Shown here piece after piece: positions 1 to 13,639 of a stretch of 64,000 bases of DNA. The position numbers and the translations under genes were made by a program. Numbering within the stretch: position 1 is the first letter of the stretch; every line of letters starts with the position of its first letter. A model generated the notes under the pieces. The model made no database searches. It was not told where the DNA came from and was given only the letters and a program-made list of their open reading frames with translations. Origin of the DNA: Octopus vulgaris (lineage: Eukaryota); the NCBI GenBank assembly GCA_951406725.2, contig OX597835.1, forward strand, positions 4,774,001 to 4,838,000, in the 5' to 3' direction.

Positions 1-59
1 TAAACACAGTTTTCATAAATAACATATTGCAAAAAGATAAAGTGCAACACAGGAACTAT

Positions 60-1745
60 TATATAAACTGGGATCAGGTAAAGCTCTTGGATTGATCAGT
101 GTTCCAGTCGAAATTCCAAAAGAAGGTGAGGACCACACTTCATCTGAAACTCATAGCCTGATAACTCTTGTTTGGAATGAATTTTTGGTGCCACAGGAAT
201 GGATAAATGGCATTATAATCTCTATATACAAGGGTAAATCAGTGTATGGTAATTCTAGAGGGATGACTCTCCTGACACATACCAGGAAGATACATTCAAG
301 GATCATGTTAGATCGTCTCTTTGAAAATGGATGTCCACTTGTGATTCCCGAGGAACGGTGTGGTTTCAGATCTGAACGAGAAGCAATAGATATATTTTCT
401 GCGAGGCAGGTTCATGAGAAATACTTAGAAGAACAAATGCCACTATACCAGGTCTTCATATATTTAACTAAGGCATTTGATACGGTAAACAGGAAAGCGC
501 TGTGAATCGTTTTATTTAAACTTGGCCGTCCGACACATTTTTTTGACACATCTTTAAGGAACTACATAGAAATATGAAAGCTCAGGTAGTCTTTAATGGT
601 GAGCTACCTCAGGACTTTTCGGTGGACAATGGTGTCAAACAGGGAGATATTCCTGCCCCAACATTTTTCTCTATTTTGCTGTATTACTTTGGGGGTGCCT
701 TCAATGATTGCAATAGGGGAACTAGAATCAGATCTCGGACATCCAGTCGCATTTTATATTTTACCTGATTTACCTGCAAAGCAAAGAGTTTCAAAATATT
801 TGTCAGATAATTGCTTTATGCAGATGATGCTGATTCGTTAGTACACTCCGAGGAGGCCATGTAACATATAATGGACAAATTTTCCACTGCGTTTGTACAT
901 TTTGGACTCACAATTAGTCTTGGTAAAACCAAAGTAGAGTAATGTTTACCCACGCGCCAGAACAAATATATTCTGAACCAAACATCTTTGTGAATGGCAC
1001 CAGGTTAGAAGTCAACGACACTTTTGTTTACCTTAGAAGCTCACTGTTAAGAGATATTAAGTCTCAATGCAGAGATATACTATCGAATAAGGATGGGAAG
1101 TCTTGTATTTGGAAAGCTGGAAGGGCGAGTATGGGGTGGTAGAGGTATTTCTTGGCAGACAAAATTCAGTGTCTACAAAACATGTGTATTGACTGTACTT
1201 CTTATTCGAGTGAGACATGGACCACTGACAGGCGTCATATGAAAATACTGGAGAGGTTTCACCAAAAGTGCCTCAGACATATTTTAGGAGACAAGTGGGA
1301 ATGTTTCATAAAAGAAACAGGTTTTGCGCATGACACGTTGTAGCTCAATTGAACAACATGTTATTTTGGCTCAAATGAAATGGGCTGGACATGTTATTAG
1401 AATGAAAAACGAGCGATTGCCAAGGCGTCTTTTTTTATGGTGAGCTCAACTCTGGTAAGCGACCACAACACAAGCTAAGGAAAAGGTATAAAGACTGTGT
1501 GAAGGAAAACCTGAGGGAATTAGATATGAATAAAAGTGATTGGGAAAAGTGATGCTCTGGATCGGAATAAATGGGAAGGTGATGTTAGGATCGGTTACAA
1601 CACGCAGGAGGAAAAGTTGATTCAGCACTCTGGGGTTAAAAGGGCCTGTCGGAAATGAACAATTGGAACGGAAATCAACAGTAAACATTGGATCTATATC
1701 ATATGTGATCGTGTTCTGTTGTCAATAACCGGATACGCGAATCAT
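60..1745 (+). mobile_element. Decayed RTE-clade LINE (reverse transcriptase region and C-terminus; many stops and frameshifts)
   Basis: Successive ORF fragments give RT motifs: IIISIYKGK, RGMTLL, PEERCGFR, FIYLTKAFDTVNR, NGVKQGDIPAP, FGLTISLGKTKV, YSSETWT, LERFHQKCLRHIL, KWAGHVIRM. Ends near (GT)n at 1771. Confidence 0.9.
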
Positions 1746-1768
1746 ATATAGTTTTTTATATCATTTTG

Positions 1769-1811
<43 letters not shown>

Positions 1812-1977
1812 TGTGTGTGTGTGTGTGTGCAAAAACTCTAATTCTTACATACCTCTCTTAATTCGAAAAGACCCTCAACCAACCACAACATGTTGGGTTT
1901 TATGTTCATCATGAAACATTAGTAGAGAAAACACTTTAATCTCACTAATTGTCATAGGGTGGGGGGGAGGGAGGTGT

Positions 1978-2008
<31 letters not shown>

Positions 2009-2328
2009 TTATTTATTATTATTTTTGTTAAATTAAAATTTTACTAATTATTTATTTTTCAGAATCATCATAATCTCCGTATTTTTCTACGTATTCCGCC
2101 CCCCCAAAAAAAGTTTAAAGTGAAAATTTAAGAAATGGGGAATTATAATTTTGATATGTTTTTTTTTTTTTTTTTTTTTTTTTTTGCGGTTTCGGAATCT
2201 CCACCAGCGATGTGTTCCCGAAAAAAAAAGATCCCAAAGGGTGTGCGGTCCATGATCTTAATTTCAGCCAATATATATATTATTTTGTTATTATATGATC
2301 GAACGCCACGCATCCACTTCTAAGTAAG

Positions 2329-2366
<38 letters not shown>

Positions 2367-2372
2367 GCAAAT

Positions 2373-2409
<37 letters not shown>

Positions 2410-2410
2410 G

Positions 2411-2636
2411 TTAATCCAAATAAGAAAACAGAGAAAAAAAGAGAGAAAAAACACAGCAACGCGAGGACGTGGAACAATTAAAGTATTATTGACGCTCAGG
2501 AAAGAAGGGAAGGAGGGTTTAACGTTTCGAGCGGAGCTCTTCGTCGGAAACAAGGAGAAGGAAAGATCCCAAGAAGGGAAGACAGAGGAAAAAATATTTT
2601 TGCTGGTGGTGCTCAAGAGATCACATCTCAAGAGAT

Positions 2637-2640
<4 letters not shown>
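2411..2640 (-). mobile_element. PLE pseudo-LTR-like fragment between (TA)n tracts
   Basis: Flanked on both sides by (TA)n and carries a hammerhead-like motif at 2517-2551. Confidence 0.6.
2517..2551 (-). ncRNA. Minimal type-I hammerhead-ribozyme-like motif
   Basis: Minus strand: GTTT CCGACGA A GAGC TCC GCTC GAAA CG TT AAAC. Stem I GTTT/AAAC, stem II GAGC/GCTC, palindromic stem III ACGT; core has C in place of U4. Confidence 0.6.
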
Positions 2641-2679
<39 letters not shown>

Positions 2680-2680
<1 letters not shown>

Positions 2681-2740
2681 CGACGAGCTTCTTATAGTTT
2701 CCGTCTATCAAACCCAATTACAAGGCTTTGGTCGGCCCGA
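2680..2740 (-). mobile_element. SINE family A fragment
   Basis: Matches the reverse complement of the family A body (GGGCCGACCAAAGCCTTG...GACGGAAACT). Confidence 0.75.
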
Positions 2741-3111
2741 CTAAAACTTCGCTCGCTACGTCGCAAAGAGAAATTTGAAAGTTACGATTCCTTTATTTCT
2801 AAACAAGATATTTGATCGAACAGAAGAATTATTTCGAGATAAGATATTTCATTTTTGGAAGAGAGCAGTACAAAAACAAAAGGAAAAAATCCAACGAAGT
2901 ATTGAAGAAACAAATTAATTGGTTGGAGAAATACCCGCAAAAGTATGCGATGGACTTTATGAAAACTACGATAAATAACAATAAAAAAAGCAAAACATCC
3001 TAGGAATAATTCGCCAACGGAACTTGCAACCGATGGAAGGGAAACAACTCTCACGGACTTGCCGAGAAAGTACATCGATGTTACAAGAAAACCCAGCCGA
3101 AATAAAATAAG

Positions 3112-3190
<79 letters not shown>

Positions 3191-3192
<2 letters not shown>

Positions 3193-3746
3193 GCCCTGAT
3201 GCAGTACCAGGCAGTGGCTCTCATGGCTTCTGATCTTAACTGATTGGAAGTGTTATCATGTACATTGTTTTGTCTTGGTATAAAAGATGGGCTACAGCAA
3301 ATATTCTGCTCAATACCACGGATTTGCTTTTCAGGCACTTGACTGTAACCAGTTGAGCATGTCCCTTAGTGGCTGACGATATGTGCATCTCTGATCACGA
3401 GCAGAAGTAGTGGGGGAGCACCGTAGCTATGTGTTGAGAGGGATTTTTGGGGTTTGAATAATTCACCTCTGGAAACATGGGTGCTTCATTCAACATCCTT
3501 AAACAACCCTTATTCTTGGGACCTTTTGAGCGGGATGGGTCACTTGGCCTGAAGAAAATTCCAACTGGGCCCCACCTGCAAGGCCATGTGTTGTTTATCT
3601 TGATATGAGATTACCATGTTGCACACGTATGGTTGTGATGCATGTGCCTGGTGTACCCTTATCAGACGGGTAGTCATGATGGTTATACTGGGCTTCGTAT
3701 ATTTTACCTCAGTGTCACTTTGATGGCATGCACTGCTCTCTCACTC
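3191..3746. mobile_element. ~556 bp non-coding interspersed repeat embedded in (TAA)n, copy 1
   Basis: Close copies at 11893-12360, 20225-20780 (inverted) and a part at 57228-57375; (TAA)n directly on both sides. Confidence 0.85.
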
Positions 3747-3798
<52 letters not shown>

Positions 3799-4019
3799 CC
3801 AAACTAACAAGCAAAGGTAAAAACGACCCTTGAGAAATCGGAGAAAGTTATTCTCTAAACTAAAAAATACATGACACCCAACAAAACTGTCAAAGACTCA
3901 AAAACTGCCCCACCCATCCAGGATCAAAATATTATAATAATGATAACAATAGCTCACAAAAAAGAAGAAACCTTTTTTTTAGGGCATATGAACACAGCAC
4001 AGAAACAGAGGAGAAACCT

Positions 4020-4293
4020 AAGGATTATTCCAAGGATAGCTCTCACCTCAAAAGATCTCCCTTCTCAGTTGAAGAGACTGCAGTTTCCTGTCAAACTTAG
4101 CTTCGTAATGTCTATCAGCAAAGCACAAGGTCAATCTCTGAAGGTGGTGGGACTTAACCTCCTTCAACCTTGCTTCTCACATGGCCAGCTGTATGCTGGA
4201 TGTTCGAGAGGTGGAGATGAAAAGAACCGCTACATTCTCAGTGATAAACATGGCAAGACGGAAAACACAGTTAATGAAGAAGCGCTTACATGA
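4020..4293 (+). pseudogene. Helitron/PIF1-type helicase C-terminal fragment
   Basis: IIPRIALTSKDLPSQLKRLQFPVKLSFVMSISKAQGQSLKVVGLNLLQPCFSHGQLYAGCSR corresponds to PIF1/Helitron helicase motifs V-VI. Confidence 0.85.
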
Positions 4294-4354
4294 ATAGTCG
4301 GTCCATGTCATAGACAGAAGTGTAAAAACCATTGAGTGTTGCAAACATTTCATT

Positions 4355-4571
4355 TTTATTCTTTTAATTGTTTCAATCATTTGACTGCGGCCATGCTGGA
4401 GCATCACATATTAGTCGAGCAAATCGACCCCTGGACTTATTCTTTGTAAGCCTAGTACTTATTCTATTGGTCTCTTTTTGCCGAACCGATAAGTTACGGG
4501 GACATAAACATACCAGCATCGGATGTCAAGCGATGTTGAGAGGGGGGACAAACACACACACACAACACACG

Positions 4572-4666
<95 letters not shown>

Positions 4667-4800
4667 GTACGATGGGCTTCTTTCAGTTCCTGTCTACTAA
4701 ATCCACTCACAAGGCTTTGGTCGGCCCGAGGCTATAGTAAAAGACACTCACCCAAGGTGACACTGAACCTGGAACCATGTGATTGGTAAGCAAGCTACTT
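4355..4800 (-). mobile_element. tRNA-derived SINE family A
   Basis: Reverse complement of the family A sequence with internal (TA)n(TG)n and GTAAAAGA-type tail; 5' truncated. Confidence 0.9.
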
Positions 4801-5680
4801 TATTTCATAAAATTTGCCATGAAGGCATTACAAAGAGGGGGCGAACGAAGACAGACAAACATAAAAAGGTGAAGTAGCTGCTAATCGATTAAAAATTTAT
4901 GATGACAAATTGATACAATTAAAAATTCCAAATTCCAAATTCCAATTTTACAGACATGATCTTCATTGCGACTTGCAATGGATTCCCTGAAGGAAAGGCA
5001 TCCGACCATCAGAATAGAACCCTTGCTTTCTTTCGCATTCCACTTACCTGGTGCCAATCGCTCCCAGCTTTCTTGCCACAGGCTTCCGTCGTTTCTCGAA
5101 TCTTTCTCGTAACAGGTGCCTCTTCTCCAGCCTGATCTTACTGCTGAGGTGGTAACTAAACGATTAACCAACCCCTGGCCAGATACAAAGGTACCCGTCA
5201 CTATGCCTCTCATACGCGTCTTCCATACCGTTTCTTTCAGTATGGCTACTACGCAGAAAAAAGCAAGCCTTCCTCTCCCTGTTAAGGAAAGGAGGCGGCA
5301 CAATCTCGATGATAGACTCATCCCATAGCTGTATTCTTCCCATCAATGACAACAGTTGTTCTGTGAAAACTATCAGTCTCGTTAATTCCGGACATTCCAC
5401 AAATGCGTGCAAGACGGTTTCGAGCTCAGACCACGCACATTCAAACACCCAAGGTTAAGTGTTACCATTAAAACAAGGGGGAAAGTGCAAGGGTTCTACT
5501 TCCCTTTAACTTGGGTTCTACTTACCCTTAAAATGTTGGGGCTGACCTCACAACACCTTCCTCCTTCCTTCTTTCAAAAAGCTCGGAGAGTTTTTCCGTT
5601 GGTAACACAACGTTTTCAGTCGTCACCGCGGCAACTGCCGAAAATTTCTTTACTGGCACATCCAGTGGACCTTTTTTCGT
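4800..5680 (-). mobile_element. L1/Tx1-like LINE 3' fragment
   Basis: Frameshifted minus-strand ORFs with a C-terminal zinc-knuckle-like ECAWSELETVLHAFVECP followed by AILKETVWKTR; homologous segment at 7290-7520. Confidence 0.65.
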
Positions 5681-6296
5681 GAATTATTGATTTTTTTATT
5701 ATCCACAAGGGACTATACATAGATGGGACAATACAAACATAAACTCGGGGAACTTAAAATACAAAAAGGGGATGAATTAAGACGAAGAAATTAAAGAAAT
5801 CGAATGAAATATGAAAAGATATAATAATGAAGCGCAATGCCCACTCGACCCCCGAAGTCGAGTGGTTACATTTCGATAGTTTTTTTTGCCTTTTTTCATA
5901 AATGAATTTCAAAAATAATGCATTTTTCCTTTCAGTTTCTCATATTCTATTATGGGAGGTGGGTATTCCAGTAACCTTTTTTCGTGAATTATTTCGACCG
6001 ACATACTCAGCCGAAATTAATTCTACACACAAAAATAAATAAATTAGAAATCCCCCAAAAAGGGAAACCTATAATATGTTTTTTTTTCTTCCTTCTAAAT
6101 GAGGACAACAGTTCAAATCCCACACCGACTGGGGGCGGGGCGCAACAATAAAGCCCACAACAGCTTTGATAAGTTCAATTTTCAACAAACAACAAATAAC
6201 AACTGCCAAAATGGTTCACACAAACAATTCCTATTTCCCAGCACCGAGAAACAGTACCAAAAAATGGTCAAAGTTCAACAATGTTCAACAACGGTA

Positions 6297-6635
6297 AAAG
6301 ACCCCCTTCGGTCATGAATGACCATGGGATTGCACCTAGAAAGTTACCCTCCCAGGCACAAGTCCGGGCAAGGTTGTTTATGGAAGACCAGCAGTCGCCC
6401 ATGCATACCAGCCTCCCCTTCTCCACGCCACCAGTGTTATCCAAGGGAAAGACAAAGGTCAATACAGCTTGGCACCAGTGACGTCGCAACTCATTTCTAC
6501 AGCTGAGTGAACTGGAACAACGTGAAATAAAGTGTCTTGCTCAAGAACACAACACGCAGCCCGGTCTGGGATTCGAGCTCACAACCTCACGATCGTAAGC
6601 TCGACGCTCTAACAACTGAGCCATGCGTCTTCACG
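6297..6635 (-). mobile_element. tRNA-derived SINE, head C + tail D
   Basis: A/B-box head then TTGAGCAAGACACTTTATTTCACGTTG; same build as 24220-24562. Confidence 0.85.
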
Positions 6636-6851
6636 GTACACAGTTAATAAATCCAACAAAAAACAATCAAAGCTCCACCAAAACGTTCGACTCATCGATA
6701 AACAAAAACGCGTCTAACAAAGAGACAGGTAAGCAAGCTGCTTTATTTCATAAAATTTGGAGGTATTAGGGGACGAACAAAGACAGACAAACATAAAATG
6801 GTGTAGTGGCTGCTATAACGTTTAAAAATGTATGATGATAAATTTATGATA

Positions 6852-7251
6852 CAGGAGTGGCTGTGTGGTAAGTAGCTTGTTTACCAACCACACGGTTCCG
6901 GGTTCAGTCCCACTGCGTGGCACCTTGGGCGAGTGTCTTCTACTATAGCCTCGGGCCGACCAAAGCCTTGTGAGTGGATTTGGTAGACGGAAACTGAAAA
7001 GAAGCCCGTCGTATATATGTATATATATGCATGTGTGTGTTTGTGTGTCTGTGTTTGTCCCCCTAGCATTGCTTGACAACCGATGCTGGTGTGTTTATGT
7101 CCCCATTACTAAGCGGTTCGGCAAAAGATACCGATAGAATAAGTATTGGGCTTACAAAAGAATAAGTCCTGGGGTTGAGTTGCTCGATTAAAGGCGGTGC
7201 TCCTGCATGGCCGCAGTCAAATGACTGAAACAAGTAAAAGAGTAAAAGAGT
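6852..7251 (+). mobile_element. tRNA-derived SINE family A, full length
   Basis: Head TGGCTGTGTGGTAAG...GGTTCAGTCCC (A/B boxes), internal TA/TG tract, (GTAAAAGA)n tail. Confidence 0.92.
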
Positions 7252-7289
7252 AATTAAAAATTACAATTTACAAATTACTAATTACCAAT

Positions 7290-7520
7290 CACACGATAAC
7301 ATGCTACTCATTGCGATTTGCAATGACGTCCCTGAAGGAAAGGCATCCGACCACCAGAGTCGAACCCTTGCTTTCTCTTTCCTTTTCTTTTTTTTTTTTT
7401 TTTTTGGACTCCATTTACCTGGTGCCAATCGCTCCCGGCTTCCTTGCCACAGGCTTCCATCTTTTCATGAATCTGTCTCGTAACAAGGTATCTCTTCTTC
7501 TGCATCTATTTTCTTTCCTC
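7290..7520 (-). mobile_element. L1/Tx1-like 3' fragment, second copy
   Basis: Aligns by eye with 4960-5130 (CCCTGAAGGAAAGGCATCCGACCA, TTACCTGGTGCCAATCGCTCCC). Confidence 0.65.
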
Positions 7521-7980
7521 CACCTCGCTCTCAATTTTATATCACATCTAAAACTAACTATGACTTAACTATCCTCTCGATGAACGGATGTAATCAATTA
7601 ATATCCTAGAAACAGCTGTAAGACCTTCTATCTATAAATGCTTTAATATCCATACAGCCTTGGTTTTTTTATCTTATTACGTAAAAGGTTCTTATATACA
7701 CACGCTGATATAGAACCAACGTTGAACCCTTCATTCGCAATATTACCAAATCTGGAACTTAACTATGGTCTGTCTATAGCACTTATTCAGCATTACCTGA
7801 CACTTTTGGGTCTCAATGACACCATTATCTCTTATATATCTCTCTTATCCGCTCAGTCGAAGTCCACTTTCGGTTACTCGTTGGATCAGTGTCCTCCAGT
7901 CAGTTCTATCCTGGGCCGCTTCTTTCAGGTTGGCTATGTCCATTCCGGTACCACTCTTGATGGTGTCAAGCCAGCGGGTT

Positions 7981-8026
<46 letters not shown>

Positions 8027-8204
8027 CTTTTTATTAAAGCTGTAAAATTATCACAGAACTATTACAAAGAGTTTCACGTTTTCTTTAGTCGGACAGTTGT
8101 TGTGATGGATTAAGATAATTTTGCAGTTTTAATAACAAGTATACTGTACTACCTTTGGTACTGGAGTACCATATCTTCCACCTTGTTTTGCACTTACGAG
8201 ATAA

Positions 8205-8400
8205 CCTGTGTGCCATGAACAAAGCACAGGTTTGCGAGTGGTTTCCACGCTTTAGGGATGGTCACTTGTCGCTTGAAGACCAATCTCGTTCAAGACGACC
8301 TCCCGGACGAATGAAAACACCATGAAAATTCCAGAACTGATTTTGGAGGACCGTCACCGAACAACTGATAAATTTGTTGATATCATTGCTGTGTCCTGGA
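8205..8400 (+). mobile_element. Mariner transposase N-terminal fragment
   Basis: Translates as AMNKAQVCEWFPRFRDGHLSLEDQSRSRRP, the mariner WFxRFxxG..SLEDxxRSGRP signature. Confidence 0.7.
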
Positions 8401-8809
8401 TCTCCTGCAAACGAATTCTGAGGTGGAATTGCAAATGCAAATAAGTAAACGTACATAAAGGATGTAAATAAATCTAAATAGATTTAAATAAATATGCACC
8501 GTGGGTTAGGTCTCTTGAAGATACCACGTTAAAAACAACGCGCCTGATGTAGTTATCTCATGGGTGGTGTAGAAAAACTATTAATTACCATAATATATCA
8601 GACTTGTGGCACAATCAGATATTGTCCAACCATACTGGAAATTCACTAAGAACGTTTTTTTATATCTAACCTAAAAATCTACAGGAGTGAGTTCTACAAA
8701 AATACGAAATGTAAAACTCATTCTTATAAAATACATACATACATACTTACATACATACATACATACATACACACTCACACTCACACACACACACACACAC
8801 ACACACACA

Positions 8810-9275
8810 TGGCCAATTCTCAACAGGAATGTCAGTTGGACTGCCGCACTTGCGCTTCAAAGACAATCTGGAGCGATGAACCAACCGCTTCTTTCTTCCT
8901 GGGAAAATAAACCTCGTCAGAACGCGGGCTCTGGCGCCAGACCTGCTTGCGCCCTTTCCAAAGATTTGAGCAAAGTCGACTCCAGCATCGGGACCAACTT
9001 CTTGCAAGCATGAAATGATGCTGGCAAAATGCTGCAGTTCTAAATGGAAAGCTTACCTGCCATTATGATTTTGCGGCACGAAGCAAAGCAGGCCTTGGCG
9101 TCAATTCAAGAAAGCACATCGAGCAAACTGAGTCCTCAACTCGTTTCGTTTGCCAAAAGTTTTCAAAGGCACCAAGCAGGCCCCTCAAGAGACACGTTCC
9201 TGTCCACAGAACATGACTTCCGCTTTATTTTACTGAATCCTCATTATACGCTCACGACGGGAGAATCCACCTTAT
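8810..9275 (+). mobile_element. RTE-like LINE 3' end, decayed
   Basis: VGLPHLRFKDNL (cf. GRPxLRFKD) and a terminal zinc-finger-like CHYDFAARSKAGLGV, then a short 3' UTR. Confidence 0.6.
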
Positions 9276-9961
9276 AGATATGTATATATTAGCTTGCTTC
9301 CCAACCACATGGTTCCAGGTTCAGCCCCACTTCGTGGCGCCATGGGAGAGTGCCTCGGGTCGACCAAAATCCTTGAGAGTGGATTTAGTAGATGAAAACT
9401 GGAAGTTAAAAGATGACCGTCGTATATGTGTGTGTGTGTGCGCGTGAGTGTGTGTGCGCGTGAGTGTGTGTGCGCGTGAGTGTGTGTGCGCGTGAGTGTG
9501 TGTGCGCGTGAGTGTGTGCGCGCGACGTGTATATATATACATTATATATATACATACACGCATTATATATATTTTTTTTTTTTTTGTATATATATACATA
9601 CACACACGCATGCACACACACGCATTCACACACACACAAACACACACACACACGCACACACACTCACATACACACACACACACATTTTAGGATGACCCAA
9701 AAAAACAAATTTGAGAAACGTTGACCCTTCACCCCCATCAATCTGTGAGGCTTGACAGATAAACACTTCGCCTGAAATTTGAAGAAAATTCCATTATATT
9801 TTGTGATGTCAATAAGCGATTCAGTATTTTATTTTCAGCATAAAAAAAAAATAAAATTAACCGTAATCGATATCTATTCATTGAGACACAGTAAAAGTAT
9901 TGCATTTATCAATGCATGAAGCTCTTTGTGCAGTGAGCAAATCATCTGAACAATGCGGCAG

Positions 9962-10689
<728 letters not shown>

Positions 10690-10771
10690 ATAGCCTCGGG
10701 TCGATCAAAAGTCTTGGGACTGGATTCGCTAGATGAAAAGTGAAAGCTAAAAGATGCCAGTCGTATATATA

Positions 10772-10803
<32 letters not shown>

Positions 10804-10893
10804 ATAGGGTGAAATCAATTAATTTGGAGTAATCATTAATTTCACCAAGTAGATTTCGGCATGTAAAAGCCCCATTCGAGGAAGGTTTAAGTA

Positions 10894-11150
10894 ATACTAA
10901 GTAATTAAGGGTTTAGCAACGATTTGCCTCACCACACACCGAATTTAGAAATAGCAGCCAAAAAGTTATGGCTATTCTTTCTACTTAAAGGGAGATCCCA
11001 GTAAAACCACAGGACTTAAAAGGCCCTTTAAGTCCTGTGGTTTTACTGGGATCTCCCTTTTAAGTAGAAAGAATAGCCATAACTTTTGGCTGCTATTTCT
11101 AAATTCGGTGTGTGGTGAGGCAAATCGTTGCTAAACCCTTAATTACTTAG

Positions 11151-11153
<3 letters not shown>
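10894..11153. repeat. Near-perfect fold-back inverted repeat, ~130 bp arms
   Basis: ATACTAAGTAATTAAGGG...CAGGACTTAAA is followed after AGGCCC by its reverse complement; (TA)n lies nearby on both sides. Confidence 0.97.
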
Positions 11154-11209
<56 letters not shown>

Positions 11210-11244
11210 TTGTTTTATACGTGCTTGTTAATTATATATGTATA

Positions 11245-11619
11245 CTAGCAGTATCGCCCGGCGTTGCTCGGGTTTGTAAGGGAAATAACTATAAAGCATT
11301 TTTAGAGAGTTATAGCCAAAAAAATGGAAAAAAAATGATGGTAAATTTTTTTTTTTAGTTAAAAAGGTCGAGTTGCGTCCCCTAGACAGTCTGTGGTTTG
11401 TGTTTCTGATTCTCGACCCCATGTCGGATTTATCGATTTTCTTCAGAACTGGGGGAACTTTTCAAAATTTTTTGCTGCGTTAGTTTTGAATTATGACATT
11501 GGACTATGTGTGTGTCAAGTTTCATCAGAATCGGTTGAAAGCCGTGGTCAGGGTGAGGGTACAACCTGACAGACACACAGAAACACACACAGACAAACTG
11601 CCGTTTATATAGAGAGAGA
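11245..11619 (-). mobile_element. Complete non-autonomous Helitron
   Basis: Minus strand begins A|TC (TCTCTCTCTATATAAACGGCAG) and ends with hairpin CCCGAGCAACGCCGGG then CTAG|T; AT target site. Confidence 0.85.
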
Positions 11620-11845
11620 TATCTTCCCATACATATATGCACTCGTGTATGTGTGTGTATGTGTATATTTTATGTGTCAGGTGTTTACGTATTTATTTCT
11701 TGTGAATTTTTCCTTCATAATTTGTTTCTTTATTCATTTCTAATTATCTCCCCTACACCCGACACATTTTAAATTGTGTTCGGTTGTGCAGTGAAAGTAC
11801 GTGATAAAAATAAGACTGCTGAATAATAATGATGATGATGATGAT

Positions 11846-11880
<35 letters not shown>

Positions 11881-11892
11881 TGATGATGATGA

Positions 11893-12360
11893 TGTCTTGA
11901 CATAAAAGATGGGCCACAGCAAATATTCTGCTCAATACTACAGATTTGCTTGTCAGTTGTATGACCTTAACCAGTTGAGCATGTCCCTTAGTGGCTGACG
12001 ATATGTGCATCTCTGACCACGAGCAGAAGTAGTGGGGGAGCATCATAGCCATGTGTTGACAAGGATTCTTTGGGGTTTGAATAATTAATCTCTGGAAACA
12101 TGGGTGTTTCGTTCAACGTCCTTAAACAACCCTTATTCAGGGACCTTTTGAGCGGGATGGGCTACTCGACCAGAAGAAAATTCTAACTGGGCCCCACCTG
12201 CAAGGTCATGTGCTGTTTATTTTGATATGAGATCACCATGTCGCGCACATATGGCTGTGATGCATGTACTTGATGTACCCTTATGAGACGGGTAGTGGTG
12301 ATGGGTATACTGGGCTTCGTATATTTATACCCCAGTGTCACTTAGATGGCTCTCTCACTC
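11893..12360. mobile_element. (TAA)n-associated repeat, copy 2 (truncated)
   Basis: Homologous to 3270-3746; preceded by a TAA/TGA tract. Confidence 0.85.
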
Positions 12361-12424
12361 AATGATAATTTATAAGTATTATAATGAAGTAGTATTAGTT
12401 TTACTTTATATATAAATCTTTATA

Positions 12425-12841
12425 CAGGAGTGGCTGTGTGGTAAGTAGCTTGCTAACCAACCACATGGTTCCGTGTTCAGTCCCACTGCGTGGCATCTTG
12501 GGCAAGTGTCTTCTGCTATAGCCCCGGGCCGACCAATGCCTTGTGAGTGGATTTGGTAGACGGAAACTGAAAGAAGCCCGTCGTATATATGTATATATAT
12601 ATGTGTGTGCGTGTATGTTTGTGTGTCTGTGTTTGTCCCCCCCCCCTAGCATTGCTTGACAACCGATGCTGGTGTGTTTACGTCCGCGTTACTTAGCGGT
12701 TCGGCAAAAGAGACCGATAGAATAAGTACTGGGCTTACAAAAGAATAAGTCCCGGGGTCGAGTTGCTCGACTAAAGGTGGTGCTCCAGCATGGCCGCAGT
12801 CAAATGACTGAAACAAGTAAAAGAGTAAAAGAGTAAAGAGT
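12425..12841 (+). mobile_element. SINE family A
   Basis: Same sequence as 6852-7251. Confidence 0.92.
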
Positions 12842-12861
12842 ATATAAATACAGCCTCAAAT

Positions 12862-12947
12862 AGACCTACATATGTTTCAACTGCACCGATTAGTAAACGT
12901 TGGAATTGCTACTTTGCTATAATACCGGTGAAGTTTCTTCAGTGTCT
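12862..12947 (-). ncRNA. Type-I hammerhead-like motif with extended stem II
   Basis: Minus strand: AGACA CTGAAGA AACTTCACCGGT..loop..ATCGGTGCAGTT GAAA CATATG TA GGTCT; palindromic stem III ACATATGT, GUA triplet, one mismatch at the base of stem I. Confidence 0.6.
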
Positions 12948-13087
12948 TCACTGTAACAGCCTTTGAAATTTAACTGGTTAAAGGTTTATGCTGATTTTCT
13001 CTGCGTTCGATGAAGTGGAGTTGTACGTTAATTTGGGCGCTTTGCTCAATATAAATGAGTTATAAATATTTAAGCAACGAATAGGGG

Positions 13088-13245
13088 CAGGAGTGGCTGT
13101 GTGGTAAGTAGCTTGCTAACCAACCACATGGTTCCGGGTTCAGTCCCACTGCGTGCCATCTTGGGCAAGTGTCTTCTGCTATAGCCCTGGGCCGACCAAT
13201 GCCTTGTGAGTGGATATGGTAGACGGAAACTGAAAGAAGCCTGTC

Positions 13246-13280
<35 letters not shown>

Positions 13281-13505
13281 TGTATGTATGTGTTTGTGTG
13301 TCTGTGTTTGTCCCCCTAGCATTGCTTGACAACCGATGCTGGTGTGTTTACGTCCCCGTCACTTAGCGGTTCGGCAAAAGAGACCGATAGAGTAAGTACT
13401 GGGCTTACAAAGAATAAGTTCCGGGGTCGATTTGCTCGACTAAAGGCGGTGCTCCAGCATGGCCACAGTCAAATGACTGAAACAAGTAAAAAGAGTAAAG
13501 AGTAA
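13088..13505 (+). mobile_element. SINE family A
   Basis: Same sequence as 6852-7251. Confidence 0.92.
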
Positions 13506-13639
13506 AAAAAGAATTTTTTTTTTTAAAATAACTAGCTATAAGGAATAAGTGAGAGATTATCCAACCGAGAAAATCAACATAAAACTTTGATTAGTTTAAT
13601 CTGAAAGGATATTGAAGTGAACATCCTGAAGAAACTGCA

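Noticed and set aside
2741-3110. Possible PLE N-terminal coding fragment
   Set aside because: Only a vague resemblance across stops and frameshifts; cannot be supported without a search.
3871-4293. Host PIF1 helicase exon
   Set aside because: Isolated fragment with degenerate motifs (YAGCSRG), no other exons seen, fused to unrelated repeat sequence; a Helitron remnant is more likely.
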